Source: an uncultured virus (IMG/VR IMGVR_UViG_3300046678_000325)
Lineage: Duplodnaviria > Heunggongvirae > Uroviricota > Caudoviricetes
IMG/VR virus record: IMGVR_UViG_3300046678_000325
Length of the DNA: 64,000 bases
Direction: 5' to 3' (one strand)
The position numbers and the translations under genes were made by a program. Shown piece after piece: positions 56,101-64,000 of the stretch. The notes beneath the pieces were generated by a model. It worked only from the letters and a program-made list of their open reading frames with translations. It was not told the origin of the DNA and searched no databases. Each line of letters starts with the position of its first letter. Within the stretch, counting starts at the first letter, position 1.

Positions 56101-59100
56101 TATCTCGCCCTTTCGATGATTGGAATTTCATCGTCACCAGCCGAAGTAAGCTGAGCAGCCTCCATCGTACCCGAAACCAGCTCTGCCTGCGTGGAGGTTC
56201 CCGAGACCAGCTCTGGAATGTCATACCGTGCCGATGTAATTCTCGGCGTAGTCTTTCCGTATATAACAATTCCGGGCTGAATCGTCCCTGTGACTGTCGA
56301 GAAGGCATGCACAGCCCCGCCGAATGTCGAGTGCGGCCGAGAGACGACTGCCCCGCTGACAACCGAGATGGCCTGTACCGCTCCGGGACTGACCACACGG
56401 AGGACAACGATCGCCCCAGCGACGGTAGACGTGGCTGAAATTGCTCCACTTACCGGCCTCTTGCGACCGATCTTGCCCGTAACGGTCGAGGTAGCAAGGA
56501 CTGCTCCACTGATCGCTCGCCTTGCCACGATCTTTCCGGTGACGGTTGACGTTGCAGCGATAGCTCCTGAAATTTTCCTCAGCGCACGGAGTGATCCAGC
56601 GACGATTGATGTTGCGGCTATTGCGCCTGCGACCTTCCTCCGAGCAACCACTGTGCCAGCAACAGTAGAGGTTGCTGAAATTAGACCACTGATCTTGCCA
56701 GCGAGCTTGATCGCTCCTGAGACGATGGACGTAGCTGCAACAGCCGCAACTGGAATCCGCCGCTTGACAACAATGCCACCCGAAACTGTAGATGTTGCTG
56801 AAATTGCTCCCGGCAGAATCCGTCTTGCTGCACGGATCGCGCCGGAGACAATCGAGGTAGCTGCGACGTTGCCAGCGATCTTTCGTGCCGCCCTGACCGA
56901 TCCTGCGACTGTGGACGTAGCTGAGACTGCCCCTGTGAGCGCGCGTAAGGCCCGTAGAGCGCCCGAAACGGTTGATACGGCCGAAACTGCGCCCCCGATC
57001 CGAGCAAGCTTTCTGACGCCTCCTGTAACCGCGCTCGTAGCAGCGATTGCACCGGAGATAAATTTCCCTGCCGCGACCTTTGAAACTGTACCGCTGACGG
57101 TACTCGTAGCATTGACTGCGGCTGCCGGAACCTGAATTCCAAACCACTTAGCGCGCAAGTAATTCTCGACAGTCTGACGCTCGCTGGCAGTCAGTACCCG
57201 GTTGTAGACAATTACCTCGGCAATGTCTACGTTACCGAACTGCGAAGTAGGCTTTGCTGATCCAAGCTGGAAACTGACAGTAGGCGTCGGAGGAGAACCT
57301 GTAATTGCTGTCGAACCATCGCTTGCGCCTTCGACAAACGTTTCAATCACCGCTGCGGCATGAAGGATTGAATTACGTTGCCACGTTTGCGTCAATGCAG
57401 CGGTATCGTCAAGATACGCTACCCCGACCGAATCAAAAGCTGCCGCCTGCACCGAAGACGCATCCTCCTGACGGAATTGCAGAACCCTGGTTGCGCCAGT
57501 AGCGATGTTGAAATAACCATCCAGCGAAGGCGCAGCATCATTTGCCTTAGCAAGAATGCAAACAGTCCGCTCTGCTGACTGCACAAACGCGGCAGTAAGA
57601 ATGTTGTCATCAATTCCATCAAAGCTCACAATCGGCAGACCATCAAGCCGATTAGTGTGAAATATCGGTTGTGTCGTTCCCGTTGCTTGTGTGGCATCAT
57701 TTCCATTACCGGACAAATCAGGCCACGTCGCTACAGACGCGCCATCGGAAAGAGCCAACTGCGAAGCATCAAACCAAACCGTCAGACCTGCAAGCTTAGC
57801 CGGGTTGAAAATTCCCGTGTAACCGCTAATCGCTGAAATTGCACTGATAGCGCCAGCAATCGGCTTTGGCACCCCGCCGATCTTCGTGACTGTACCACTG
57901 ACCGTTGAAGTAGCTGAAATTGCTCCCGGAAGAATTCTACGTAGAGCAACAATTCCGCCCGAGACAATGCTCGTTGCACTGATTGCGGCCGAAACAATCG
58001 GTCGCCTTCTACCGATAGCGCCAGAAACAGTAGAAGTTGCTGAAATTTGTCCCGGTGTGATCGGTTTCAGCCTCAGCACAGCACCCGACACTGTGCTCGT
58101 GGCATTGATCAGCCCTGAAATCTTCCGCAGCGCACGTACAGCTCCCGAAACGACAGATGTAGCTGAAATTTGTCCCGGTATGACCTTGCGCAGCGAGCGA
58201 ACCGCACCACTGACGACTGAAGTAGCTGCAACCGCCCCTGCGATCGCCCTCAGCGCACGAATTCCACCGCTTACGACACTCGTAGCTGAAACTGCGCCGG
58301 GTTTGATGGCTCGTGCTGCATGAATTGAGCCGGAGAGTGTGCTTGTAGCTGAAATTGCTCCCGGAACGATCTGCTTCAGTCGAGTAATGCCACCTGAAAC
58401 TGTGCTGGTAGCGCTGATTGCTCCGGGTGAAATCTTTCTACGCGCGCCAACCGTTCCGCTGAACACTGAAGTCGCGCTAACTGCTGCTGGTGTAATTGGT
58501 CTCTTGGCAGTAACAGCACCGCCCATCGTGCTCGTAGCGCTAATCGCCGCTGGTGTAATAGCAGCCGATGATGGTGCCCACGCGATTGCAATTGGCACTT
58601 GCAGTAGCGAATCTGGCGAAGATTCGGCACTACCAAAAGATACAAAGGTATTCGTACCGTTCAAAAAGGCCGTGAGCGTTATGCCCGTCGTTGCCATGCT
58701 CTCGGTTGAGTCAGCAAACACTTCAAGTACCAAAATGTCATCGGCTTGCGTCGTTACGCCTGCCGTATGCGTAGTGTCCTTCTGAGCAACATTCGACTGC
58801 CAAGTTTCTGAGGTCGTTACAGTGCCGCTTGAAACAGCAACGTCAAAGATCGTGCCGACGATTGCACCTGTAGAGGGACGCCACACATACAAAGTCCCCC
58901 ACCAAGTTGCCGTTCCGGTCGTGTTAGAAATTGTAGCCGCAAGCCTGACAAGATACGAATTTGCGGTGAAGGTCGGATCACACGCCGGAAATACATTGAC
59001 ACCAAGAGGGTTAGAACACCAACGACCCATCCATGAAGTTTGAGAAGCCGTTTGTCTTGTCAGGGTTGCAGCAAGTGAAAACACCGAGCCGCCGTTCACA

Positions 59101-59240
59101 GTCAAATCCATGCTGCGATTTGTTTCAGCACCCGTCGCGCTTTGAAGCGGCGTCTTAGCGCTGCTGTTATCAGTAGACCCCGGCAACGTGCCGGTATCTG
59201 TCGTTGTTGCCGAGTGAAGATGGAGGTTGGTAACAGCCAT
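56100..59240 (-). CDS. long repetitive virion fibre protein with central LamG-like domain
   Basis: Dozens of 19-21 aa GAISATSTVSG..R.R repeats; WFDAS...W.DLSGNGN...IAEVIVYNR.L...ER..VE.YL..KW. Confidence 0.8.
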   Translation of the reverse strand: MAVTNLHLHSATTTDTGTLPGSTDNSSAKTPLQSATGAETNRSMDLTVNGGSVFSLAATLTRQTASQTSWMGRWCSNPLGVNVFPACDPTFTANSYLVRLAATISNTTGTATWWGTLYVWRPSTGAIVGTIFDVAVSSGTVTTSETWQSNVAQKDTTHTAGVTTQADDILVLEVFADSTESMATTGITLTAFLNGTNTFVSFGSAESSPDSLLQVPIAIAWAPSSAAITPAAISATSTMGGAVTAKRPITPAAVSATSVFSGTVGARRKISPGAISATSTVSGGITRLKQIVPGAISATSTLSGSIHAARAIKPGAVSATSVVSGGIRALRAIAGAVAATSVVSGAVRSLRKVIPGQISATSVVSGAVRALRKISGLINATSTVSGAVLRLKPITPGQISATSTVSGAIGRRRPIVSAAISATSIVSGGIVALRRILPGAISATSTVSGTVTKIGGVPKPIAGAISAISAISGYTGIFNPAKLAGLTVWFDASQLALSDGASVATWPDLSGNGNDATQATGTTQPIFHTNRLDGLPIVSFDGIDDNILTAAFVQSAERTVCILAKANDAAPSLDGYFNIATGATRVLQFRQEDASSVQAAAFDSVGVAYLDDTAALTQTWQRNSILHAAAVIETFVEGASDGSTAITGSPPTPTVSFQLGSAKPTSQFGNVDIAEVIVYNRVLTASERQTVENYLRAKWFGIQVPAAAVNATSTVSGTVSKVAAGKFISGAIAATSAVTGGVRKLARIGGAVSAVSTVSGALRALRALTGAVSATSTVAGSVRAARKIAGNVAATSIVSGAIRAARRILPGAISATSTVSGGIVVKRRIPVAAVAATSIVSGAIKLAGKISGLISATSTVAGTVVARRKVAGAIAATSIVAGSLRALRKISGAIAATSTVTGKIVARRAISGAVLATSTVTGKIGRKRPVSGAISATSTVAGAIVVLRVVSPGAVQAISVVSGAVVSRPHSTFGGAVHAFSTVTGTIQPGIVIYGKTTPRITSARYDIPELVSGTSTQAELVSGTMEAAQLTSAGDDEIPIIERAR

Positions 59241-59561
59241 TTAGAACGCTTCCACCGGCTCTAGCTCTTCATACTGAAAAATGTCAGCGCCACAGCAAGT
59301 TTGAAATTCGGGAGTGACTGGAACGTCCATCTCCGAGTCGATGCGATCCCTGCCGAGGCGTTCACATATTTCAGCCAAATCCTCGTGACTCTCAATTCTA
59401 ACTTGTCCATCGGGCATATCAATTGCAGAACCGATAAGACAGTCGCCCCGATGATCGCACTGCCCACGAACGATCCAACGTCGGCCGTCTGTACGCCTAT
59501 AGCGCACGTACCCTGGCCTTTGCTCTTCAATGAAAACCGTTGGGTCACTCGTGGGCCGCAC
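59241..59561 (-). CDS. Cys-rich hypothetical protein
   Basis: GQCDHRGDC...TCC. Confidence 0.55.
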   Translation of the reverse strand: MRPTSDPTVFIEEQRPGYVRYRRTDGRRWIVRGQCDHRGDCLIGSAIDMPDGQVRIESHEDLAEICERLGRDRIDSEMDVPVTPEFQTCCGADIFQYEELEPVEAF

Positions 59562-59563
59562 GA

Positions 59564-60184
59564 TTAGTCCTGCACCACCGACATTGCATTCTGCGCGAGC
59601 TGCGGAGTGTCGCCCGTGTTAATTACAGTGGACGTTACCGAGCACCATGCAAGGCCGTGGTCTGCCGAGGTTCCCGCATTTCCATCGAGGTCTCCGAGGA
59701 ACGTCACGGTCGGCGCAGTGCCTCCCGTACTCGTTGCCCAAGATTTCGTCGCGTCCGAAGGCCACGTTTTCGTGTACGTGGTCGTTCCCGAACCCGCTGC
59801 GAAAATCGTCGTGTTGTTCGTCAGCGAAAGAGCGGCGTAGCTGGTGTACGCAGCTTTGCCCGTCGTGGCACCGTTGAAAGTGTCATCGATGGACGCTGTA
59901 TAGAGGTTGATGAAATGTGTTCCGATTGCCGACGGCGAAGTTGCACCGTACAGCAAATCCTGAAGCGCCTTTGAGCTGAAATTCGCCAGCGATCCGCTCA
60001 TCATCAGGATTTTCTCCTTCAAGGAGTCTGCCTTGAAGAAGCGATCGTACAACCTCCGCACTTCCTTCGGAAGATCATTCCAAACGGTCTCGGCACCAAC
60101 TCGCGTCGGCATCCAAGGGCCGTTCGGAACAATCATCCTGGTGCGCGGAAGAATTACACCACCCGGAGAGACTTCAAAATCCAT
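59564..60184 (-). CDS. virion structural protein (fibre/adaptor type)
   Basis: LANF....LQDLL...LYTA...INTGDTP pattern common upstream of fibre genes. Confidence 0.6.
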   Translation of the reverse strand: MDFEVSPGGVILPRTRMIVPNGPWMPTRVGAETVWNDLPKEVRRLYDRFFKADSLKEKILMMSGSLANFSSKALQDLLYGATSPSAIGTHFINLYTASIDDTFNGATTGKAAYTSYAALSLTNNTTIFAAGSGTTTYTKTWPSDATKSWATSTGGTAPTVTFLGDLDGNAGTSADHGLAWCSVTSTVINTGDTPQLAQNAMSVVQD

Positions 60185-60546
60185 TATCCCTCCTTGTGCT
60201 GATGAGTGTGACCTGAAATTCTTGCGGCCACCTTGTCGGGGAGCTGCTTGGGCGGAGCAATGTCAGCAGCCTTCAGGAAATGATGCTCCATCCCTTCGAC
60301 CGGATCATCCTCCGTGCCCGCGTAGCCCGGTTGCGTTGAATCTTCACTCTGAGTCGGCACCATCCCGACGAAATTCTGATGGTGCTGATCGTTGTGAGAA
60401 GGCTCACCCTTCGCTAGAAAACGGAAATTGTCAGCATCCTCATCGTAAGTGACAGGATCGCCCTGTCTCTCACCCTCGTCCGCCAGCAAATTCCCGTTTC
60501 CGTCTGCCACGAGTCTGCCTTCGTACTCTTCGGTCTTCAATTTCAC
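60184..60546 (-). CDS. acidic hypothetical protein
   Basis: AGGAG RBS; follows the capsid gene. Confidence 0.6.
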   Translation of the reverse strand: MKLKTEEYEGRLVADGNGNLLADEGERQGDPVTYDEDADNFRFLAKGEPSHNDQHHQNFVGMVPTQSEDSTQPGYAGTEDDPVEGMEHHFLKAADIAPPKQLPDKVAARISGHTHQHKEG

Positions 60547-60558
60547 TCCTTTCAGCTT

Positions 60559-60598
60559 CGGGGGAGGGACTGAAGTGGCAAGAAAGCCCCTCCCCCGA
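60559..60598 (-). terminator. hairpin after the major capsid gene
   Basis: TCGGGGGAGGG...CCCTCCCCCGA inverted repeat; no long U tract. Confidence 0.5.
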
Positions 60599-60608
60599 AT
60601 TTCGGCGC

Positions 60609-61790
60609 TTAGCTCGTGGCCGTTGCCAGCGTGATCTTCTCAACGCTGTTGTTGAGGTCGGTGTAGAGACCGCGACGTGCACGGCCAACCTGCTGACCCT
60701 CGATGAGACGTGAGAGGTCGGCAGCACCAACATCGACACGCAGGTCGTGATGCACAAGCTCCTTCATACGCATTCTCGGTGCGATGAAATAACAAGTGCC
60801 CTGCGTTACGCCCGGATACGTGAACGAGTTGACCCCGTTCGTAACCGTTGCGCCGTTGTAGTAGATGATCGTGTCCACCGGGACGCGGCGCAGCTCGTTG
60901 CCCAGAGCGTCGAGCACAGGCGTGAGCAGAGCATCCTCGATCTGGAATCGATCAGCCTCGTTCGCCAGAATTACAGTCGGCACACGCTGCGGAACTGCGA
61001 GCGCAGCATTGCGGTATGCCTGCTGGAACTGGACGAGCGTATTTGCAACGAGCGAACCGTTACCGCTGTTCGCCGCAATTGCATTCGTGCCCGAGTAGGT
61101 CGCTGCGATGATCGGCGAGAGATGAATATGGTTGAGCAAGTAGTTGTATGCCCTACCGAACGCCCGCGAGTTCATCCCAATTTCATACGACCTGTCGAAT
61201 TCCATCATGTCCTCAGTCCACTCAAACCCTGCGGCGTAAGTGGTAATCGGAACGAAGGACGGTGCTCCGGCCCGCGCGAGCGTACCGAAGACAACTTCCT
61301 CACCCTCCAACTTCTGAAGGAAGACGACGTTTGCATCGAAGAGAACGTCCCCGCCGATCTGCACTGACCCGCCGGGGAACGGCCCATCGATCCGTTCGTA
61401 CAACGGCTGGTAGAGAAGCGGAACGTCGGCAAGGCCAACGTCAATGTCGATCCGCACCTTTTCCAGCAAGTCCATCGCACCCTGAGACGTGGTGATCATT
61501 TCACTTACCGACTTCAGAAGCTCCAACTCGGGAAGATCCTTCTGAAATTCCGGCGTGAGCCGACTTGCCATCTCCGAAGCGACAGCCACCTTGACGCCGC
61601 CCTGTGAAACAGGCGACCAACGGCGGTTCTTCTGATCCCTACCGACCGGAGCGCCTGAAAATGCTCCGGGGCGAAGGGCATCGAACCGACCATCGTGCTT
61701 GATACGAATTTCACCGTGACGATTCTTCTTGGTGATCTTTGCCATCGTGTGAGCCTCGGGAACGAGGACTCCACCCTTGCTTTTTCTCAT
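60609..61790 (-). CDS. major capsid protein
   Basis: Head-module position; EGEEVVFG, YAAGFEWT, AFGRAYN; followed by a hairpin. Confidence 0.85.
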   Translation of the reverse strand: MRKSKGGVLVPEAHTMAKITKKNRHGEIRIKHDGRFDALRPGAFSGAPVGRDQKNRRWSPVSQGGVKVAVASEMASRLTPEFQKDLPELELLKSVSEMITTSQGAMDLLEKVRIDIDVGLADVPLLYQPLYERIDGPFPGGSVQIGGDVLFDANVVFLQKLEGEEVVFGTLARAGAPSFVPITTYAAGFEWTEDMMEFDRSYEIGMNSRAFGRAYNYLLNHIHLSPIIAATYSGTNAIAANSGNGSLVANTLVQFQQAYRNAALAVPQRVPTVILANEADRFQIEDALLTPVLDALGNELRRVPVDTIIYYNGATVTNGVNSFTYPGVTQGTCYFIAPRMRMKELVHHDLRVDVGAADLSRLIEGQQVGRARRGLYTDLNNSVEKITLATATS

Positions 61791-61808
61791 GGAATTTCCC
61801 TCCTTCCT

Positions 61809-62183
61809 TTACGGCCCGACGTTTAGCACGCGAACTGCCGCGTACCCGTTTGCGTTCTTTGCTTCCTCGACCTTTGCTACCGGCGATCCAGTCACCGTTG
61901 CCGTCAAGTCAGTGTCGCCTCGCTTGAAGCCTGCACCCGCAGTCCAATAGAGGAAATCACCAACAGCCGGGTTCAGTGCGCCCGGAAGGAGCACGTACCA
62001 AATCCGCTCTGCCGAAATTTCACCGCCGTATGCGCGCACGGTATCGGCAGAACCGATCTTGGTCATTGCGATGTGGTTCCATCCGTTGAGACGGTAAAGG
62101 TCTCCGAAATTGATGACAGTCGCGGCGGGAGCAGAGAATGTTCCGCCCGTCGTTGCCTTGCCATCACCTTTCAACTGGCCCAT
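61809..62183 (-). CDS. capsid decoration/cement protein (DUF2190-like)
   Basis: 124 aa, AVGD.LYW, AK.....A.VR; upstream of the capsid gene. Confidence 0.7.
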   Translation of the reverse strand: MGQLKGDGKATTGGTFSAPAATVINFGDLYRLNGWNHIAMTKIGSADTVRAYGGEISAERIWYVLLPGALNPAVGDFLYWTAGAGFKRGDTDLTATVTGSPVAKVEEAKNANGYAAVRVLNVGP

Positions 62184-62204
62184 TGAATTTCCCTCCTCCC
62201 GTTG

Positions 62205-62753
62205 CTAGTTGTTTTCACGCGCAGCAATGTAATCTTCCACATCGCTCTTCGTGATCCGACCGTCAGCACCCGTCCCATTGACCTCTGAAAGATCAATGTT
62301 CTCTTCCGACGCAAGCTCAGTCGCGCCATCCGTTGCATCAATTTCAGCACCTTCGTGCGGAAGCTGCACAGCGTCCTCGGGGCGCTGAACAGTACCCGGC
62401 TCACCGTAGTCCTCTGAAATTGCCACGGGGTGATCCTCGGGGAGTCCGGCAAGCGGGTGCCCGTCCTCCAACGTCATGAGCCGACCCGCAGCGGAAGCCG
62501 GGTCAGGCGACCCGTACTGCGGAGGGCCGAACATCTTTGCGATCATTTCCATTCCCTGCATCTCCTCCGACACGTAGGGGTTGGGGAACGAGCTTGCGAG
62601 GACGACGCCGGTAGGGGCAGTCACACCGGCAGCGCGCTCAGCGGCAAGCTGGTCATCCATTGCGTCCAAGTCCATGTGCTTACCCTCAGCAATGGTCTCG
62701 TCAGCGGGCTGCTGCTCATGATCCGGGTTCGGAGCAGTCTGTCTTTTACCCAT
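62205..62753 (-). CDS. acidic protein with C-terminal E3-binding (PSBD) domain
   Basis: ATDGATELASEENIDLSEVNGTGADGRITKSDV. Confidence 0.8.
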   Translation of the reverse strand: MGKRQTAPNPDHEQQPADETIAEGKHMDLDAMDDQLAAERAAGVTAPTGVVLASSFPNPYVSEEMQGMEMIAKMFGPPQYGSPDPASAAGRLMTLEDGHPLAGLPEDHPVAISEDYGEPGTVQRPEDAVQLPHEGAEIDATDGATELASEENIDLSEVNGTGADGRITKSDVEDYIAARENN

Positions 62754-62771
62754 TCGGAATTTCCTCCTTCC

Positions 62772-63935
62772 TTAAACGCGCGCCTTGACGCGAACGTTTC
62801 CGGTGTTGACGCCAATTTCATACTTCGTCTTCTCGTTGGGATCGTCGGACGTATTCGGAAGATTCGGCGGAGCGGACTCCATCTCCGAAACGGTCTTCTT
62901 CAAGTCGGCATCTCCATCGATGGTCTCCGTGACCATCTCTGAAATTACCTTCAAGTCCTTCTCTTCGTCGCCCGTCACTGAAATGTCCTTGGAGGCCATC
63001 TCACCAACAAGCACACGACGAAGAAGAGCAACGTCGCTCTTGTCCGCATCCTTGAACCGCTTTGCGAGCACGGAATCAAGAATCGACTCACGCAACGTTC
63101 TTGCCTCACTCCTCAGCTTTGAAAATGCAGACTGAAGAATGGTGGCATTGTCGGCATCTTCTTTGAGGCCGAGAATTCCACGAAGCTGCGGCAGAAGATC
63201 GAGCACCGGCTTAACCGCAGCCGCGTCGGTCTCCATTTCACTGATCTTCGTGTTGAGAGGAGCCGATGCGCCGTCCTCGATGGTCTTAACCAAACTCGGA
63301 GCATGCGCACGAAGCTCGTTCTCCTGAAGCGCAGCAATTTCCTCTGGCTTCACTTTTCCATCTCCTTCCATTTCGCTTGTAAGAGCGCCAACAAGCCGTG
63401 CGCTCATGCCCGCAGAACGCGGACGACTCAGATCGATAGACTCGATCTGAAATTTCTTGACCCTAACTCCTTTCTCGTATGGCTCTTGCATTGCTTTGCC
63501 GCGCCAAGATACTGTCTTGACGATTCCCTTTTTCAGATACTTTTTTCCGAGGGTGTCCGGTAGGACGTAAGCCTTGACTGCGAGCTTCGCCTTCTCACCG
63601 GCCTGAAGCAACTTCGCTCCAACCCACTGAAGCTGAATTTCAGGGAATGTGTACGGGTCATCGTCGGGCTTGATGTGACCCATGTAGCCGACAATCGGAT
63701 CGGTTGCGGCTGTGGACTGAATTTCACTGACAACATCAGCGAAAAGCTCACCGCCCCAATACCGCTTCGACTTCGACCAACCGGCCTCAATTACAAACGT
63801 TGCGAACTTCGGATCGTCGTCACCGTCTGCTAACGATGCCACAACATCAGAAGACAGAGGAACAAGTCCACCTGCCGCATCGCTTGAAATCTCTGAAACC
63901 GTATCGAAGATTTCGATAATTTCCTGTTCGTCCAT
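62772..63935 (-). CDS. prohead protease/scaffold protein
   Basis: GWSKSKRYW, GYMGH, VSWRG, SIDL; helical C-terminal half. Confidence 0.75.
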   Translation of the reverse strand: MDEQEIIEIFDTVSEISSDAAGGLVPLSSDVVASLADGDDDPKFATFVIEAGWSKSKRYWGGELFADVVSEIQSTAATDPIVGYMGHIKPDDDPYTFPEIQLQWVGAKLLQAGEKAKLAVKAYVLPDTLGKKYLKKGIVKTVSWRGKAMQEPYEKGVRVKKFQIESIDLSRPRSAGMSARLVGALTSEMEGDGKVKPEEIAALQENELRAHAPSLVKTIEDGASAPLNTKISEMETDAAAVKPVLDLLPQLRGILGLKEDADNATILQSAFSKLRSEARTLRESILDSVLAKRFKDADKSDVALLRRVLVGEMASKDISVTGDEEKDLKVISEMVTETIDGDADLKKTVSEMESAPPNLPNTSDDPNEKTKYEIGVNTGNVRVKARV

Positions 63936-64000
63936 CGCTAGACCCGCCGCAGCGTCTTCCCACCGAACAACGTCTGAATGTTCGGCTTCTGCACAGTGCC

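Noticed and set aside
1..64000. tRNA/tmRNA genes, and inteins or introns in dnaE, recA and dnaB
   Set aside because: No cloverleaf or T-loop consensus noticed by eye and the proteins are of uninterrupted length; tRNAscan-SE/ARAGORN would be needed to exclude them fully.

Overview
This window is 64 kb of a tailed dsDNA bacteriophage with a contractile tail (myovirus). The host is probably actinobacterial, judged from an Rpf-type transglycosylase and a moderately GC-rich sequence. Nearly all genes are on the minus strand. From right to left they are: head (protease/scaffold, decoration, major capsid), neck, sheath/tube, frameshifted tail chaperone, tape measure, baseplate, fibre, an expanded lysis cassette, a replication/recombination module (DnaB, primase, SSB, HU, DnaE, RecA, two resolvase-like nucleases, SF2 helicase) and many small early genes behind sigma70-type promoters. 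The exception is a plus-strand island at about 5.4-9.4 kb. Each of its three genes (MoxR/CbbQ-type AAA+ ATPase, VWA-like partner, small acidic protein) is enclosed by its own 26-41 bp inverted repeat. The three stems abut, their mismatches are mostly G-U wobbles on the sense strand, and the non-coding flanks pair with each other over about 3.5 kb. The island therefore looks like one giant branched RNA with each cistron looped out, like pre-rRNA processing stems. Other notable signals: genome-wide AATT enrichment, a probable AUU start codon for the tail fibre, repeated x-S-E-M candidate maturation sites in head proteins, and an E3-binding-domain protein in the head module. All protein calls come from motif recognition by eye, with no database search.
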